A DNA stretch of 64,000 nt from Marmoricola sp. (GTDB lineage: Bacteria > Actinomycetota > Actinomycetes > Propionibacteriales > Nocardioidaceae), in contig JBGAJX010000004.1 of the NCBI GenBank assembly GCA_044224695.1, positions 24,588 to 88,587 on the forward strand, given 5' to 3'. The stretch's first letter is position 1. Each line of letters begins with the position of its first letter. The notes below the pieces were generated by a model. That model searched no databases. It was not told where the DNA came from and worked only from the letters and a program-made list of their open reading frames with translations. Shown piece by piece: positions 1 through 8,943 of this stretch. Both the position numbers and the translations under genes were made by a program.

Positions 1-1560
1 AGGCAGCTCCACGCCGTCGGCGCGCAGGAGCTGGGAGTAGCCCAGGATGCTCGTCACCGGGGTCCGCAGCTCGTGGCTCATCGTGGCCATGAAGTCGTTC
101 TTCGTCTGGTCGGCGTGGGCGAGCTGGTCCACGAGGCGTCGCTGCTCCTCCAGGGCGAGGGCGAGCTCGGCCTCGTGGCGACGGCGGTCGGTGACGTCGT
201 CGGCCACGCCGAGGTAGCCGATCACCGTGCCGTCGGGCCCGCGGCGGTGGCTGATCCGCAGGCTGAGGATGCGCCGGGTGCCGTCGGCGCGCAGGAACGG
301 CCAGTCCGCCACGCTCGTCGCACCTCGTTCGACCTCGCGGTCGAGCATGGCCCCGGCAAGGACCTCCAGGGCCACGGTGTCGGGGTCGCCTCGACGGAAG
401 GTGAGCGCGGAGCCGCCGTCGGGGTCCGCGACCACGGCCAGCGAGCCCCCTACCGCGTCCTCGGCGGAGAACCCGCTCAGCCGCTGGGCTCCGACGTTGA
501 CGAACTCGATGCGTCCGCAGAGATCGGTGCCCAGGATCGCGGTCCCGGTGGTGGCATCGAGGATGCCCCCGACCAGGTCGCGCGCGGCCACCGCCTCCGA
601 CAGTGCGGCGGCGCGCTGGGCGCGCACGAGCAGGAGCGGCAGGACAACCAGTGCGGTGGCGACCATCTCGGCCTGGAGGAGCGTGCCCACCATCTCCGGC
701 GCTGCGCCGATCGCCGAGACCACCCCGGTCAGCGGTCCGTCCCCCGCAGCAGTGAGCAGGGTCGTGCTGACGGCGACGGCCGGCAGGGCGATGGTCAACT
801 CTCGCGGGCTCAGGCGCAGGGCGCCCCACGCCAGTGCGGGGAAGGGCAGGAATGCCAACGGCAGCGCCTGGCCGGGGGCGTACGCGGCGAATACCAGGCT
901 GGTCAGCGTCACCCAGACCACGACGCGCTCAGTGGGTGCCGCCTCGGCGCGCACCGAGGGGAGCCGCAGGCCGAGCGGCCCGATCACGAGCACGGCGGCG
1001 GCGTGTGAGGCGGCCACCGCGCGGGCGACGACCCAGAGGTCCGCGTCGTCGAGCAGGGCCACCGTGAGGCCCGCGAGGAGCCCGGCGACGACCGCGCCCA
1101 GCGCGGCCGCGCCGAAGAAGCGCAGCAGGTCCGCGAACGTGACCAGCGCCGGAGGGGGCGTCGGCGTCCCCGGGTGCCGGCGCAGGCGGAAGGCCTCGGC
1201 TCGGGCGAGCACCAGGATGACCACCGCGGACTCGGCGGTGTTGGCCGTCGCGAAGCCCAGGGCCACATCGAGGTCGCGCCCGCCGTACAGGTTGGCCGCG
1301 AGGCTGGCCACGAAGAGTCCCACCAGCACCAGGGGCCGCCACCGCGGGGTGGCCAGGCAGAGGGCGACCACCGAGATGCCCGCGGCCGGCCACCAGGCCG
1401 CGACGTGGGAGCCCGGCGGAGCCAGGTGGACCGACAGCTCGCCGACGGGGATGACCGAGGCGACGAGCGCGATCACCAGCAGGGCGCGCGCGGCGGAACG
1501 CGGCCGGGACCGGGTGGGGTCGTCGGCCGTGCTGTTCGGGGGGCTGTCTGTGACGATCAC
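1..1560 (-). CDS. Sensor histidine kinase, C-terminus cut by window edge (MASE1-like membrane domain + PAS + HisKA)
   Basis: Absent from the ORF track because it runs off the left edge. The reverse complement of 1-120 reads AHADQTKNDFMATMSHELRTPVTSILGYSQLLRADGVEL (H-box). I checked this minus frame triplet by triplet and it has no stop from 1 up to 1785. Third-position GC drops upstream of the GTG at 1560 (VIVTDSPPNS...), so I take that as the start. The N-terminus is polytopic with a WPAAG motif (MASE1-like), followed by a PAS-like segment. The + ORFs 73..1008 and 227..1612 are its shadows. Confidence 0.8.
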   Translation of the reverse strand, partial: MIVTDSPPNSTADDPTRSRPRSAARALLVIALVASVIPVGELSVHLAPPGSHVAAWWPAAGISVVALCLATPRWRPLVLVGLFVASLAANLYGGRDLDVALGFATANTAESAVVILVLARAEAFRLRRHPGTPTPPPALVTFADLLRFFGAAALGAVVAGLLAGLTVALLDDADLWVVARAVAASHAAAVLVIGPLGLRLPSVRAEAAPTERVVVWVTLTSLVFAAYAPGQALPLAFLPFPALAWGALRLSPRELTIALPAVAVSTTLLTAAGDGPLTGVVSAIGAAPEMVGTLLQAEMVATALVVLPLLLVRAQRAAALSEAVAARDLVGGILDATTGTAILGTDLCGRIEFVNVGAQRLSGFSAEDAVGGSLAVVADPDGGSALTFRRGDPDTVALEVLAGAMLDREVERGATSVADWPFLRADGTRRILSLRISHRRGPDGTVIGYLGVADDVTDRRRHEAELALALEEQRRLVDQLAHADQTKNDFMATMSHELRTPVTSILGYSQLLRADGVELP

Positions 1561-1686
1561 TACAGCCAATGGAACGCTGTCGGAGCCCGGTCGTGACGCC
1601 GTTTCCGGGTGAAGAGAGACCAAGGTCCCGAGGGTGGACGCGGGCGGAGCGCCGCTCGGCCTGGAGGCGACACTGGACAGGCCGGA

Positions 1687-1707
1687 GTTGAGTGGAACAG
1701 ACTCAAC
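1687..1707. promoter_or_regulatory. HspR-type operator (HAIR-like inverted repeat) upstream of clpB
   Basis: gTTGAGT-ggaacag-ACTCAAc has perfect 7-bp arms and a 7-nt spacer, and ends 63 bp upstream of the clpB ATG. It matches the HAIR consensus CTTGAGT-N7-ACTCAAG described for HspR-controlled dnaK/clpB in Streptomyces and mycobacteria. Confidence 0.75.
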
Positions 1708-1769
1708 TTTGCCGACGTTGTGCTCAGTAGGCACGAGAAGCACGTACGACCTGGGAGGGCACCGCACCG

Positions 1770-4346
1770 ATGGACATCTCGAAGTTCACCACCCGCACGC
1801 AGGAGGCGATCGCACAGGCGATCCAGTCCGCCACCAACGCAGGCAACAGCCAGTTGGAGGCGGTGCACCTGTTGTCCTCGCTGCTGGAGCAGCGCGACAC
1901 GGTGGTCCGGCCGCTGCTCTCGGCCGCCGGGGTCTCGCCGGAGGTGGTCCTCGCGGCCACCCAGGCCGAGTTGCGCAAGCTTCCGGTGGCCAGCGGGAGC
2001 ACGGTCGCTGCGCCGACGTACGCCCGCTCCGCGATCCAGGCGCTGTCCACCTCGCAGGAGATCGCCGGCGAGTTGAAGGACGACTTCACCTCCGCCGAGC
2101 ACCTGCTGATCGCGCTGGCGACCATCGAGTCCCCCGCGCAGAAGGTGCTCCGCGACCAGAAGGCCACCGCCGAGGCCCTGCGCGCGGCGCTGGCCGGAGT
2201 GCGGCCGCAGCGGGTCACCACGCAGGACCCGGAGTCCACGTTCCAGGCGCTGGAGAAGTACGCCGTCGACCTCACCGCCCGGGCGGCCGAGGGCAAGATC
2301 GACCCGGTGATCGGGCGCGACGAGGAGATCCGCCGCGTCGTCCAGGTGCTCTCGCGGCGTACCAAGAACAACCCGGTCCTCATCGGCGAGCCCGGTGTCG
2401 GCAAGACGGCCGTGGTCGAGGGACTCGCCCAGCGGATCATCGACGGCGACGTGCCGGACTCGCTCAAGGGTCGCAAACTGCTCAGCCTCGACCTGGCCGC
2501 GATGGTCGCCGGCGCGAAGTACCGCGGTGAGTTCGAGGAGCGGCTCAAGGCGGTGCTGGAGGAGATCAAGAGCGCCGAGGGCCAGGTCATCACCTTCATC
2601 GACGAACTGCACACGGTCGTCGGGGCAGGCGCCGGCGGCGACTCCGCGATGGACGCGGGCAACATGCTCAAGCCGATGCTGGCCCGCGGCGAACTGCGGA
2701 TGATCGGGGCGACCACCCTCGACGAGTACCGCGAGCGCATCGAGAAGGACCCGGCACTGGAGCGGCGCTTCCAGCAGGTCTTCGTCGGCGAGCCGAGCGT
2801 CGAGGACACGATCGCGATCCTGCGCGGCCTCCAGGAGAAGTACGAGGCGCACCACGGGGTCAAGATCACCGACGCCGCTCTGGTCTCGGCCGCGATGCTC
2901 TCCGACCGTTACATCACCGGCCGCAACCTGCCCGACAAGGCGATCGACCTCGTCGACGAGGCCGCATCCCGGCTGCGGATGGAGATCGAGTCCTCCCCGG
3001 TCGAGATCGACCAGCTCCGTCGCTCGGTCGACCGGATGAAGATGGAGGAGTTGGCCCTGGAGCGGGAGACCGACCAGGCGTCGAAGGACCGGCTGGAGAA
3101 GTTGCGGGCCGACCTGGCCGACCGGCAGGAGACCCTGCGTGGTCTGGAGGCCCGGTGGGAGCGGGAGAAGGCCGGACTCGAGGGTGCCGGTGAGATCCGC
3201 AAGCAGATCGAGGCCTTCCGGGTCGAGGCCGAGCGGCTCCAGCGCGAGGGCGACCTGGCCCGCGCCAGCGAGATCCTCTACGGGCGCATCCCCGGCCTGG
3301 AGCAGAAGCTCGTCGCCGCGGAGACCCCGAGCGAGGAGGAGCCGATGGTGCGCGAGGAGGTCGGCCCCGAGGAGATCGCCGACGTCGTCGAGGCCTGGAC
3401 CGGCATCCCGACGGGCCGGCTGTTGGAGGGCGAGACGCAGAAGTTGCTGAAGATGGAGGAGGTGCTCGGGGAGCGCCTGATCGGCCAGCGCGCCGCGGTC
3501 GCGGCGGTCTCCGACGCCGTACGCCGCTCGCGGGCCGGAATCTCCGATCCCAACCGCCCGACCGGCTCGTTCCTCTTCCTGGGCCCCACGGGCGTCGGCA
3601 AGACCGAGCTGGCCAAGTCGCTGGCCGACTTCCTCTTCGACGACGAGCGCGCGATCGTGCGCATCGACATGAGCGAGTACTCCGAGAAGCATTCGGTGGC
3701 GCGCCTCGTCGGCGCGCCCCCCGGCTACGTCGGCTACGAAGAGGGTGGCCAGCTGACCGAGGCGGTCCGGCGCCGGCCGTACGCGGTGGTGCTCCTCGAC
3801 GAGGTCGAGAAGGCACACCCGGAGGTCTTCGACATCCTGCTCCAGGTGCTCGACGACGGTCGGCTCACCGACGGGCAGGGCCGCACGGTCGACTTCCGCA
3901 ATGTGGTGCTGATCCTCACCTCCAACCTGGGCTCGACCTACCTGATCGACCCGGCGCTGGACACCGAGAAGAAGCACGAGGCCGTGATGGGCGTCGTCCG
4001 GCAGGCGTTCAAGCCGGAGTTCCTGAACCGCCTCGACGAGGTGGTCATGTTCGACGCGCTCACCACCGCCGAGCTCAGCCACATCGTCGACCTGCAGATC
4101 GCGGCGCTGGCGCAGCGGCTCGAGGTGCGCCGGATCACCCTGGACGTCACCCAGGCGGCGAAGGACTGGCTGACGCTGGCCGGTTACGACCCGGCGTACG
4201 GCGCCCGGCCGCTGAAGCGCCTGGTGCAGTCCGCGATCGGGGACCAGCTGGCGCGGCTGCTGCTCTCCGGTGAGGTGCTCGACGGCTCGCGCGTCCGCGT
4301 CGACACCGCCGAGGGGGCCGACGGGTTGGTGCTGACCACGGGGTGA
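1770..4346 (+). CDS. clpB: ATP-dependent chaperone ClpB
   Basis: 858-aa ORF with two AAA+ modules (Walker A GEPGVGKT and GPTGVGKT), a long coiled-coil middle region ([26 protein letters not shown]) and an N-terminal Clp_N-like repeat. Confidence 0.97.
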   Translation: MDISKFTTRTQEAIAQAIQSATNAGNSQLEAVHLLSSLLEQRDTVVRPLLSAAGVSPEVVLAATQAELRKLPVASGSTVAAPTYARSAIQALSTSQEIAGELKDDFTSAEHLLIALATIESPAQKVLRDQKATAEALRAALAGVRPQRVTTQDPESTFQALEKYAVDLTARAAEGKIDPVIGRDEEIRRVVQVLSRRTKNNPVLIGEPGVGKTAVVEGLAQRIIDGDVPDSLKGRKLLSLDLAAMVAGAKYRGEFEERLKAVLEEIKSAEGQVITFIDELHTVVGAGAGGDSAMDAGNMLKPMLARGELRMIGATTLDEYRERIEKDPALERRFQQVFVGEPSVEDTIAILRGLQEKYEAHHGVKITDAALVSAAMLSDRYITGRNLPDKAIDLVDEAASRLRMEIESSPVEIDQLRRSVDRMKMEELALERETDQASKDRLEKLRADLADRQETLRGLEARWEREKAGLEGAGEIRKQIEAFRVEAERLQREGDLARASEILYGRIPGLEQKLVAAETPSEEEPMVREEVGPEEIADVVEAWTGIPTGRLLEGETQKLLKMEEVLGERLIGQRAAVAAVSDAVRRSRAGISDPNRPTGSFLFLGPTGVGKTELAKSLADFLFDDERAIVRIDMSEYSEKHSVARLVGAPPGYVGYEEGGQLTEAVRRRPYAVVLLDEVEKAHPEVFDILLQVLDDGRLTDGQGRTVDFRNVVLILTSNLGSTYLIDPALDTEKKHEAVMGVVRQAFKPEFLNRLDEVVMFDALTTAELSHIVDLQIAALAQRLEVRRITLDVTQAAKDWLTLAGYDPAYGARPLKRLVQSAIGDQLARLLLSGEVLDGSRVRVDTAEGADGLVLTTG

Positions 4347-4398
4347 CCGGGGCGGAGCGGTTCAGGGACGGTTCAGGCGCGCGTGCTGGAATGGTTCC

Positions 4399-5643
4399 AT
4401 GAGCGAGCCGAGGAACCTGCCGCGCCCCCGACAGGTCACCACCGCCGCGTGGATGGCGATCGTGGCGTCCGCGCTGCTGGTGATCAGCCTCTTCGACACC
4501 ATCGCCCGGCTCCAGGGGCAGGACAGCCGCGGCGCGGTCGAGTCGTTCCTCGCGGAGCCTCCCGGGGACACGCTGGCGTTCACCGCCGACCAGATCCTGG
4601 AGGCCGCCCGCTGGGTGGCGCTCTTCAGCGGTGCGTGTGCCGCGGCCGCGCTCGTCTTCGCCGTCTTCGTGCTGCAACGGCACCGGGCCGCGCGGATCGG
4701 GCTCACGGTGGCGGCCGGGCTGCTGGCCCTCACGGCGCCGGTCTCCGGCATCCTGGCCTTCCTCGTGGCCGCCAGCGCGCTGCTTCTGTGGAGCCAGCCC
4801 GGACGGGACTGGTACGCCGGCCGCGCCCCCGCGGCCGCCGCGGCGGGCCGGTCGGCGCCCGGCTCGGCGTCTGGGTCCCCATCGGACCGGACCTCGGACC
4901 GGACCTCGGACGCCGGTCCGCCCGCGCCGTGGCAGGGCTACTACCCGCCGCCGAGCAACCCCGAGCAGGGAGGCCCGGCGCAGGGTGGCCCGGCGCAGGG
5001 TGGCCCGGCGCAGGGTGGCCAGCCTCCGCCGGCCGCCGCGCCGTACGCGTCCGGCCGCACTGATGCCGAGCCCTCCGGCGCCGGGAGCGGCGAGTCCGCT
5101 CCGCAACCGCAGGCCTGGAGCCCCCTCGTCGCCGCTGCTCCGCCATCCGTCCGCGGCGCCCGGCCCGCGACGGTGACGACGGCGGTGGTCTTCACCTGGA
5201 TCGGGTGTCTGCTGGTCGCGGCCACCATGATCGGGTTCCTCGCGCTGCTCTCGTTCGAGCCCCAGCAGTTCGTCGACGAGTTCGACGCCGCCGCGGCCGG
5301 GAGCGGTGTCTCCCTGGGCCGCGACCAGGTGCTCGCCGCGGGCTGGATGCTGGGCGCGCTGATGCTGCTGTGGACCGTGGCGACGCTGGTGGTCTCCGTG
5401 CTGGTGCTGCGCGGCAACCAGATCGCGCGCATCCTGCTGACGGTCTCGGCGGTGGGCGCCGCCGGGGTGAGCCTGCTCGGCATCCTCACCCTCGTCGCGG
5501 TCGTCCCGCTGCTGCTGGCCGTGGCGACGGTGATCCTGCTCTACTCCGGCGGGGCCTCGGCCTGGTTCGCCGGCAGGCCCGGCGCCCCTCCGGCGCACCG
5601 CCGCCCGGCCGGTCCCGGCCCGGACCGACCCGGCCCCTGGTGA
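4399..5643 (+). CDS. Polytopic membrane protein of unknown function with internally duplicated 4-TM halves and a Pro/Gly/Gln-rich linker
   Basis: 414-aa ORF. The N half ends in ...RIGLTVAAGLL...LLLWSQPGRDWYAGR and the C half in ...RILLTVSAVGA...ILLYSGGASAWFAGR. The central low-complexity linker carries SDRT and GGPAQ repeats. No recognisable enzymatic motif. Confidence 0.7.
   Translation: MSEPRNLPRPRQVTTAAWMAIVASALLVISLFDTIARLQGQDSRGAVESFLAEPPGDTLAFTADQILEAARWVALFSGACAAAALVFAVFVLQRHRAARIGLTVAAGLLALTAPVSGILAFLVAASALLLWSQPGRDWYAGRAPAAAAAGRSAPGSASGSPSDRTSDRTSDAGPPAPWQGYYPPPSNPEQGGPAQGGPAQGGPAQGGQPPPAAAPYASGRTDAEPSGAGSGESAPQPQAWSPLVAAAPPSVRGARPATVTTAVVFTWIGCLLVAATMIGFLALLSFEPQQFVDEFDAAAAGSGVSLGRDQVLAAGWMLGALMLLWTVATLVVSVLVLRGNQIARILLTVSAVGAAGVSLLGILTLVAVVPLLLAVATVILLYSGGASAWFAGRPGAPPAHRRPAGPGPDRPGPW
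4882..4911 (+). repeat. In-frame 12-bp tandem repeat (tcggaccggacc x2.5, encodes SDRTSDRTSD)
   Basis: Read directly in the sequence, inside CDS 4399..5643. Confidence 0.9.
4966..5020 (+). repeat. In-frame 15-bp tandem repeat (cagggNggcccggcg x3.7, encodes QGGPA repeats)
   Basis: Read directly in the sequence, inside CDS 4399..5643. Copies 2 and 3 are identical. Confidence 0.9.
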
Positions 5644-5671
5644 CCCGGACTCCGATGACCCGTCGCCGGGG

Positions 5672-6838
5672 CTAGGCCCGCAGGTCGGCGCGACTCAGTC
5701 GGTCGAGCGCCTGGGTCAGCACCGCGTCGTCCTTGCAGAAGGCCCACCGGACCAGGTGCCGGCCCTCGACCGACCCCGGACGGTAGAACACTTGGGCCGG
5801 GATCGCGACGACCCCCGCACGGTCGGGCAGTGCCCGGCAGAAGGCCAGCCCGTCCTCCCAGCCCAGGTCGCCGACGTCGCTGACCGCGAAGTACCCGCCG
5901 TCGGGCCGGTGGGTCGGCAGCCCCAGGTCCTTCAGCCCCGCGACCAGGTAGTCACGGCGCCGCCGGAGCGACTGCGCCAGCGAGTCCACCCACGCCAGCT
6001 CGTGGTCGAGGCCGTGGGCCACGGCCGGCTGGAGCGCCGAGGCATTGGTGTAGGTCAGCCACTGCTTCGCGGCCAGCACGGCGTCGACGAGGTCGGCCGG
6101 TCCGGTCGCCCAGCCGACCTTCCAGCCGGTGAAGGAGAACGTCTTGCCGGCGCTGGAGAGCGTCACCGTCCGGTCGAACATCCCCTCCTCGGACGCGAGC
6201 GGGACGTGCGCCCGCCCGTCGAAGGTGAGGTGCTCGTAGACCTCGTCGGTCAGCACCAGGACGTCGTGCCGCTGGGCGACCTCGGCGATCACCCGGCGCT
6301 CCTCCGCGGTGAGCACCATGCCGGTCGGGTTGTGCGGGGAGTTGATCAGCAGCAGTCGGGTGCGGTCGGTGACCGCGGCCCGCAGGTCGTCGAGGTCGAC
6401 CCGGAAGTACGGCCACCGCAGCGTCACGAGGCGGACCCGGGCCCGGGCGATCCGCAGGCAGGCCAGATAGGAGTCGTACGACGGCTCCAGCACGACGACC
6501 TCGTCGCCGGGGTCCACCAGACCCAGGATCGCCCCGGCGATCCCCTCGGTCGCCCCCGCGGTCACGACCACCTGGGTGTCGGGGTCCAGGTCCAGGCCGT
6601 AACGACGCTGGTGCCGGGCCACCGCCTGCCGGAGTTCCGGGACACCGCGGCCCGGGGCGTACTGGTTGCGGCCCCCGCGCAGCGCGGCCACCGCCGCCTC
6701 CCGCACCGATTCCGGGCCCTCGGAGTCCGGGAAGCCCTGGCCGAGGTTGAGCGAGCCGGTGCGCACCGCCAAGGCCGACATGGTGGCGAAGATCGTCTCC
6801 TCGTCGCCCGCGAACCGCTGCGCCGCACGCCTGTCCAT
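5672..6838 (-). CDS. PLP-dependent aminotransferase, class I/II (YbdL/kynurenine-aminotransferase-like)
   Basis: 388-aa ORF with NLGQGFPD, INSPHNPTG and the lysine motif SSAGKTFSFTGWKVGW, typical of fold-type I aminotransferases. Confidence 0.88.
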   Translation of the reverse strand: MDRRAAQRFAGDEETIFATMSALAVRTGSLNLGQGFPDSEGPESVREAAVAALRGGRNQYAPGRGVPELRQAVARHQRRYGLDLDPDTQVVVTAGATEGIAGAILGLVDPGDEVVVLEPSYDSYLACLRIARARVRLVTLRWPYFRVDLDDLRAAVTDRTRLLLINSPHNPTGMVLTAEERRVIAEVAQRHDVLVLTDEVYEHLTFDGRAHVPLASEEGMFDRTVTLSSAGKTFSFTGWKVGWATGPADLVDAVLAAKQWLTYTNASALQPAVAHGLDHELAWVDSLAQSLRRRRDYLVAGLKDLGLPTHRPDGGYFAVSDVGDLGWEDGLAFCRALPDRAGVVAIPAQVFYRPGSVEGRHLVRWAFCKDDAVLTQALDRLSRADLRA

Positions 6839-6860
6839 GAGCCCTGACCGTACCCGTCGA

Positions 6861-6879
6861 GACCGGTCGAGGACCGGTC
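6861..6879. promoter_or_regulatory. Two copies of the perfect 8-bp palindrome GACCGGTC spaced 11 bp centre to centre (candidate operator)
   Basis: GACCGGTC at 6861-6868 and 6872-6879, within the 66-bp divergent region between the aminotransferase (start 6838) and pyrE (start 6905). Confidence 0.3.
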
Positions 6880-6904
6880 GGCGCCGCGGTTAGGGTCTGG
6901 TGCC

Positions 6905-7465
6905 ATGACGAGCCCCGATCCCGCCGCCGACCGCGCCGCCCTCATCGAGCAGATCAAGGACAAGGCCGTCGTGCACGGACGGGTCACGTTGGCCTCGGGT
7001 GCGGAAGCCGACTACTACGTGGACCTGCGCCGCATCACGCTGGACGGCACCGCTGCGCCGCTCGTCGGCCGGGTGATGCGCGAGCTGACCCGCGACCTGG
7101 ACTTCGAGGCGGTCGGCGGGCTGACGCTGGGGGCCGACCCGGTCGCCACCGCGATGCTGCACGCCGCGGCGGCCGACGGCGAGGTGCTCGACGCGTTCGT
7201 GGTCCGCAAGGAGGGCAAGGCGCACGGGCTTCAGCGCCGCATCGAGGGCTCGCCTGTCCAGGGCCGCCGGGTCCTGTGCGTGGAGGACACCTCCACCACC
7301 GGCGGCTCGGCCCTCACCGCGGTCGAGGCGCTGCGTGAGGCCGGCGCCGAGGTGGTCGCAGTCGCGGTGATCGTGGACCGGGACACCGGGGCCGCCGAGC
7401 GCGTCGCAGCCGCGGGGCTGCCCTACGTGTACGCCGTGGGCAAGGCCGAGTTGGGCCTGGGCTGA
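6905..7465 (+). CDS. pyrE: Orotate phosphoribosyltransferase
   Basis: 186-aa ORF with the PRPP-binding motif VLCVEDTSTTGGSAL and a typical actinobacterial PyrE N-terminus (GRVTLASGAEADYYVDLRR). Confidence 0.93.
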   Translation: MTSPDPAADRAALIEQIKDKAVVHGRVTLASGAEADYYVDLRRITLDGTAAPLVGRVMRELTRDLDFEAVGGLTLGADPVATAMLHAAAADGEVLDAFVVRKEGKAHGLQRRIEGSPVQGRRVLCVEDTSTTGGSALTAVEALREAGAEVVAVAVIVDRDTGAAERVAAAGLPYVYAVGKAELGLG

Positions 7466-7480
7466 CGAGCGGGTCCGGGC

Positions 7481-8167
7481 TCAGCCGGCCCCGGGCTCCG
7501 TGTCGGCGGTCTGCTCGCGCGCGGCCTCGCGACGGTGCTTCATGTACTCGTAGACCATCGGCAGCACCGAGACGGCCACGATGAGCAGGATGGCGGCCTC
7601 CAGGTTGTCCTGGATGAACTGGTTGCCACCCACGGCGTAGCCGATCAGGGTGAGGCCGGTCGCCCACAGCACGGCGCCGACGAACGACCAGACCAGGAAG
7701 TGCCGCCGGTCCATCCGACCGGCGCCGGCGACGACGGTGATGAACGTGCGCACGATGGGGACGAAACGGCCCAGGACCAGCGCGCGGGCGCCGTACCGCT
7801 CGAAGAACTCATGGGTCTTGGTCAGGTTCTTCTCGTTGAGGAACCGGCCGTTGCGCTCGAAGATCGGCGGGCCGATCGCCCGGCCGATCTCGTAGCCGAC
7901 GACGTTGCCGGCGAAGGCCGAGGCCGACAGGATCACGCACGCGGCCACGATCCCGATCTCGATGTCGCCGCGGGAGATGAACACGCCGACGGAGAACAGC
8001 AGCGAGTCGCCCGGAAGGATCGGGAAGAGCAGCCCGCACTCGACGAAGACGATGGCCACGGAGGCCCAGAACATCTCCGCGCCGAAGCGGTCGAGCCACC
8101 ACTGCGGGTCCATCCAGTCCAGCCCGAGCAGGAGCGGGGTGGTCACCAGGTGCGTCAGCAGATCCAC
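7481..8167 (-). CDS. DedA family inner-membrane protein
   Basis: 228-aa ORF with the LFPILPGDSLLFSVGVF motif, RFVPIVRTFITVVAG and several TM segments. Confidence 0.88.
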   Translation of the reverse strand: MDLLTHLVTTPLLLGLDWMDPQWWLDRFGAEMFWASVAIVFVECGLLFPILPGDSLLFSVGVFISRGDIEIGIVAACVILSASAFAGNVVGYEIGRAIGPPIFERNGRFLNEKNLTKTHEFFERYGARALVLGRFVPIVRTFITVVAGAGRMDRRHFLVWSFVGAVLWATGLTLIGYAVGGNQFIQDNLEAAILLIVAVSVLPMVYEYMKHRREAAREQTADTEPGAG

Positions 8168-8229
8168 GTGCGAACCCTAACGGGGGAGCCTGTGCGCCTG
8201 CTGAGAAGCCGGCACGCGACGATGGGCGC

Positions 8230-8940
8230 ATGGAGGCCGGAGGCGACGAGCAGCGCGAGCACGCGGGGGAGCATCCCGACGTCCCTCGGGCGCCGTACGA
8301 CCCGATGCCGCACGGTCCCGCCGAGGTGGGCGTCGGCCCCTGGGCGGGCCCGCTGCCCGTCGGGGAGCAGTGGGACCCGGCGCTGCTCCGCGACGGGGAC
8401 CGGCGCAACGTCGTCGACCGCTACCGCTACTGGACGATGGAGGCGATCGTCGCCGACCTCGACCTCCGGCGGCACGACTTCCACGTCGCGATCGAGAACT
8501 GGCAGCACGACTTCAACATCGGCACGGTCGTGCGCACCGCCAACGCGTTCCTCGCGCGCGAGGTGCACATCGTGGGCCGTCGCCGGTGGAACCGGCGCGG
8601 GGCGATGGTGACCGACCGCTACCAGCACATCCGCCACCACCCCACGCCGGCGGACCTGGTGGCCGCGCTCGATGACGACGTGACCGTGCTCGGGATCGAC
8701 AACCTGCCCGGGTCCCAGCCCCTGGAGCACCTGCGTCTGCCGCGGCGGGTCTGCTTCCTCTTCGGCCAGGAGGGACCGGGTCTCTCCGACGACGCGCGGG
8801 CGGTGTGCGACGCGACCTTCTCGATCGCCCAGTTCGGCTCGACGCGGTCAATCAACGCCTCGGCGGCCGCGGCGATCGCGATGCACACCTGGGTGGTCCA
8901 GCACGCCGACCTCGAGGGCGAGGACGCCTGGCGCGGGTGA
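8230..8940 (+). CDS. TrmH/SpoU family RNA 2'-O-methyltransferase
   Basis: 236-aa ORF with the SPOUT motifs NIGTVVRTANAF, FLFGQEGPGLS and IAQFGSTRSINASAAAAIAMH. The start is not verified. Confidence 0.85.
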   Translation: MEAGGDEQREHAGEHPDVPRAPYDPMPHGPAEVGVGPWAGPLPVGEQWDPALLRDGDRRNVVDRYRYWTMEAIVADLDLRRHDFHVAIENWQHDFNIGTVVRTANAFLAREVHIVGRRRWNRRGAMVTDRYQHIRHHPTPADLVAALDDDVTVLGIDNLPGSQPLEHLRLPRRVCFLFGQEGPGLSDDARAVCDATFSIAQFGSTRSINASAAAAIAMHTWVVQHADLEGEDAWRG

Positions 8941-8943
8941 GCC

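Noticed and set aside
73-1612. + strand ORFs 73..1008 (311 aa) and 227..1612 (461 aa)
   Set aside because: They are Arg/Ala/Ser/Gly-rich shadows of the minus-strand histidine kinase. That kinase's frame is open across the whole region and carries H-box, PAS and membrane-domain features.
1560-4082. 840-aa minus-strand ORF, the longest apart from clpB itself
   Set aside because: It lies exactly antisense to clpB, and its translation is Leu/Arg/Gly/Asp/Val-rich with no motifs. It is the typical mirror ORF of a high-GC gene, whereas clpB on the + strand has unmistakable AAA+ motifs.
4882-5020. Short tandem repeats here, at 45235..45294 and at 11096..11134, considered as a possible CRISPR or minisatellite array
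   Set aside because: The units are 12-15 bp with no spacers, and two of the three sets are in-frame inside coding sequence. There are no cas genes. This is not CRISPR.
4147-5598. 483-aa minus-strand ORF overlapping the end of clpB and the membrane protein gene
   Set aside because: Its composition is extremely Arg/Gly/Pro-rich, and it is antisense to a + strand gene with clear TM periodicity and high third-position GC.
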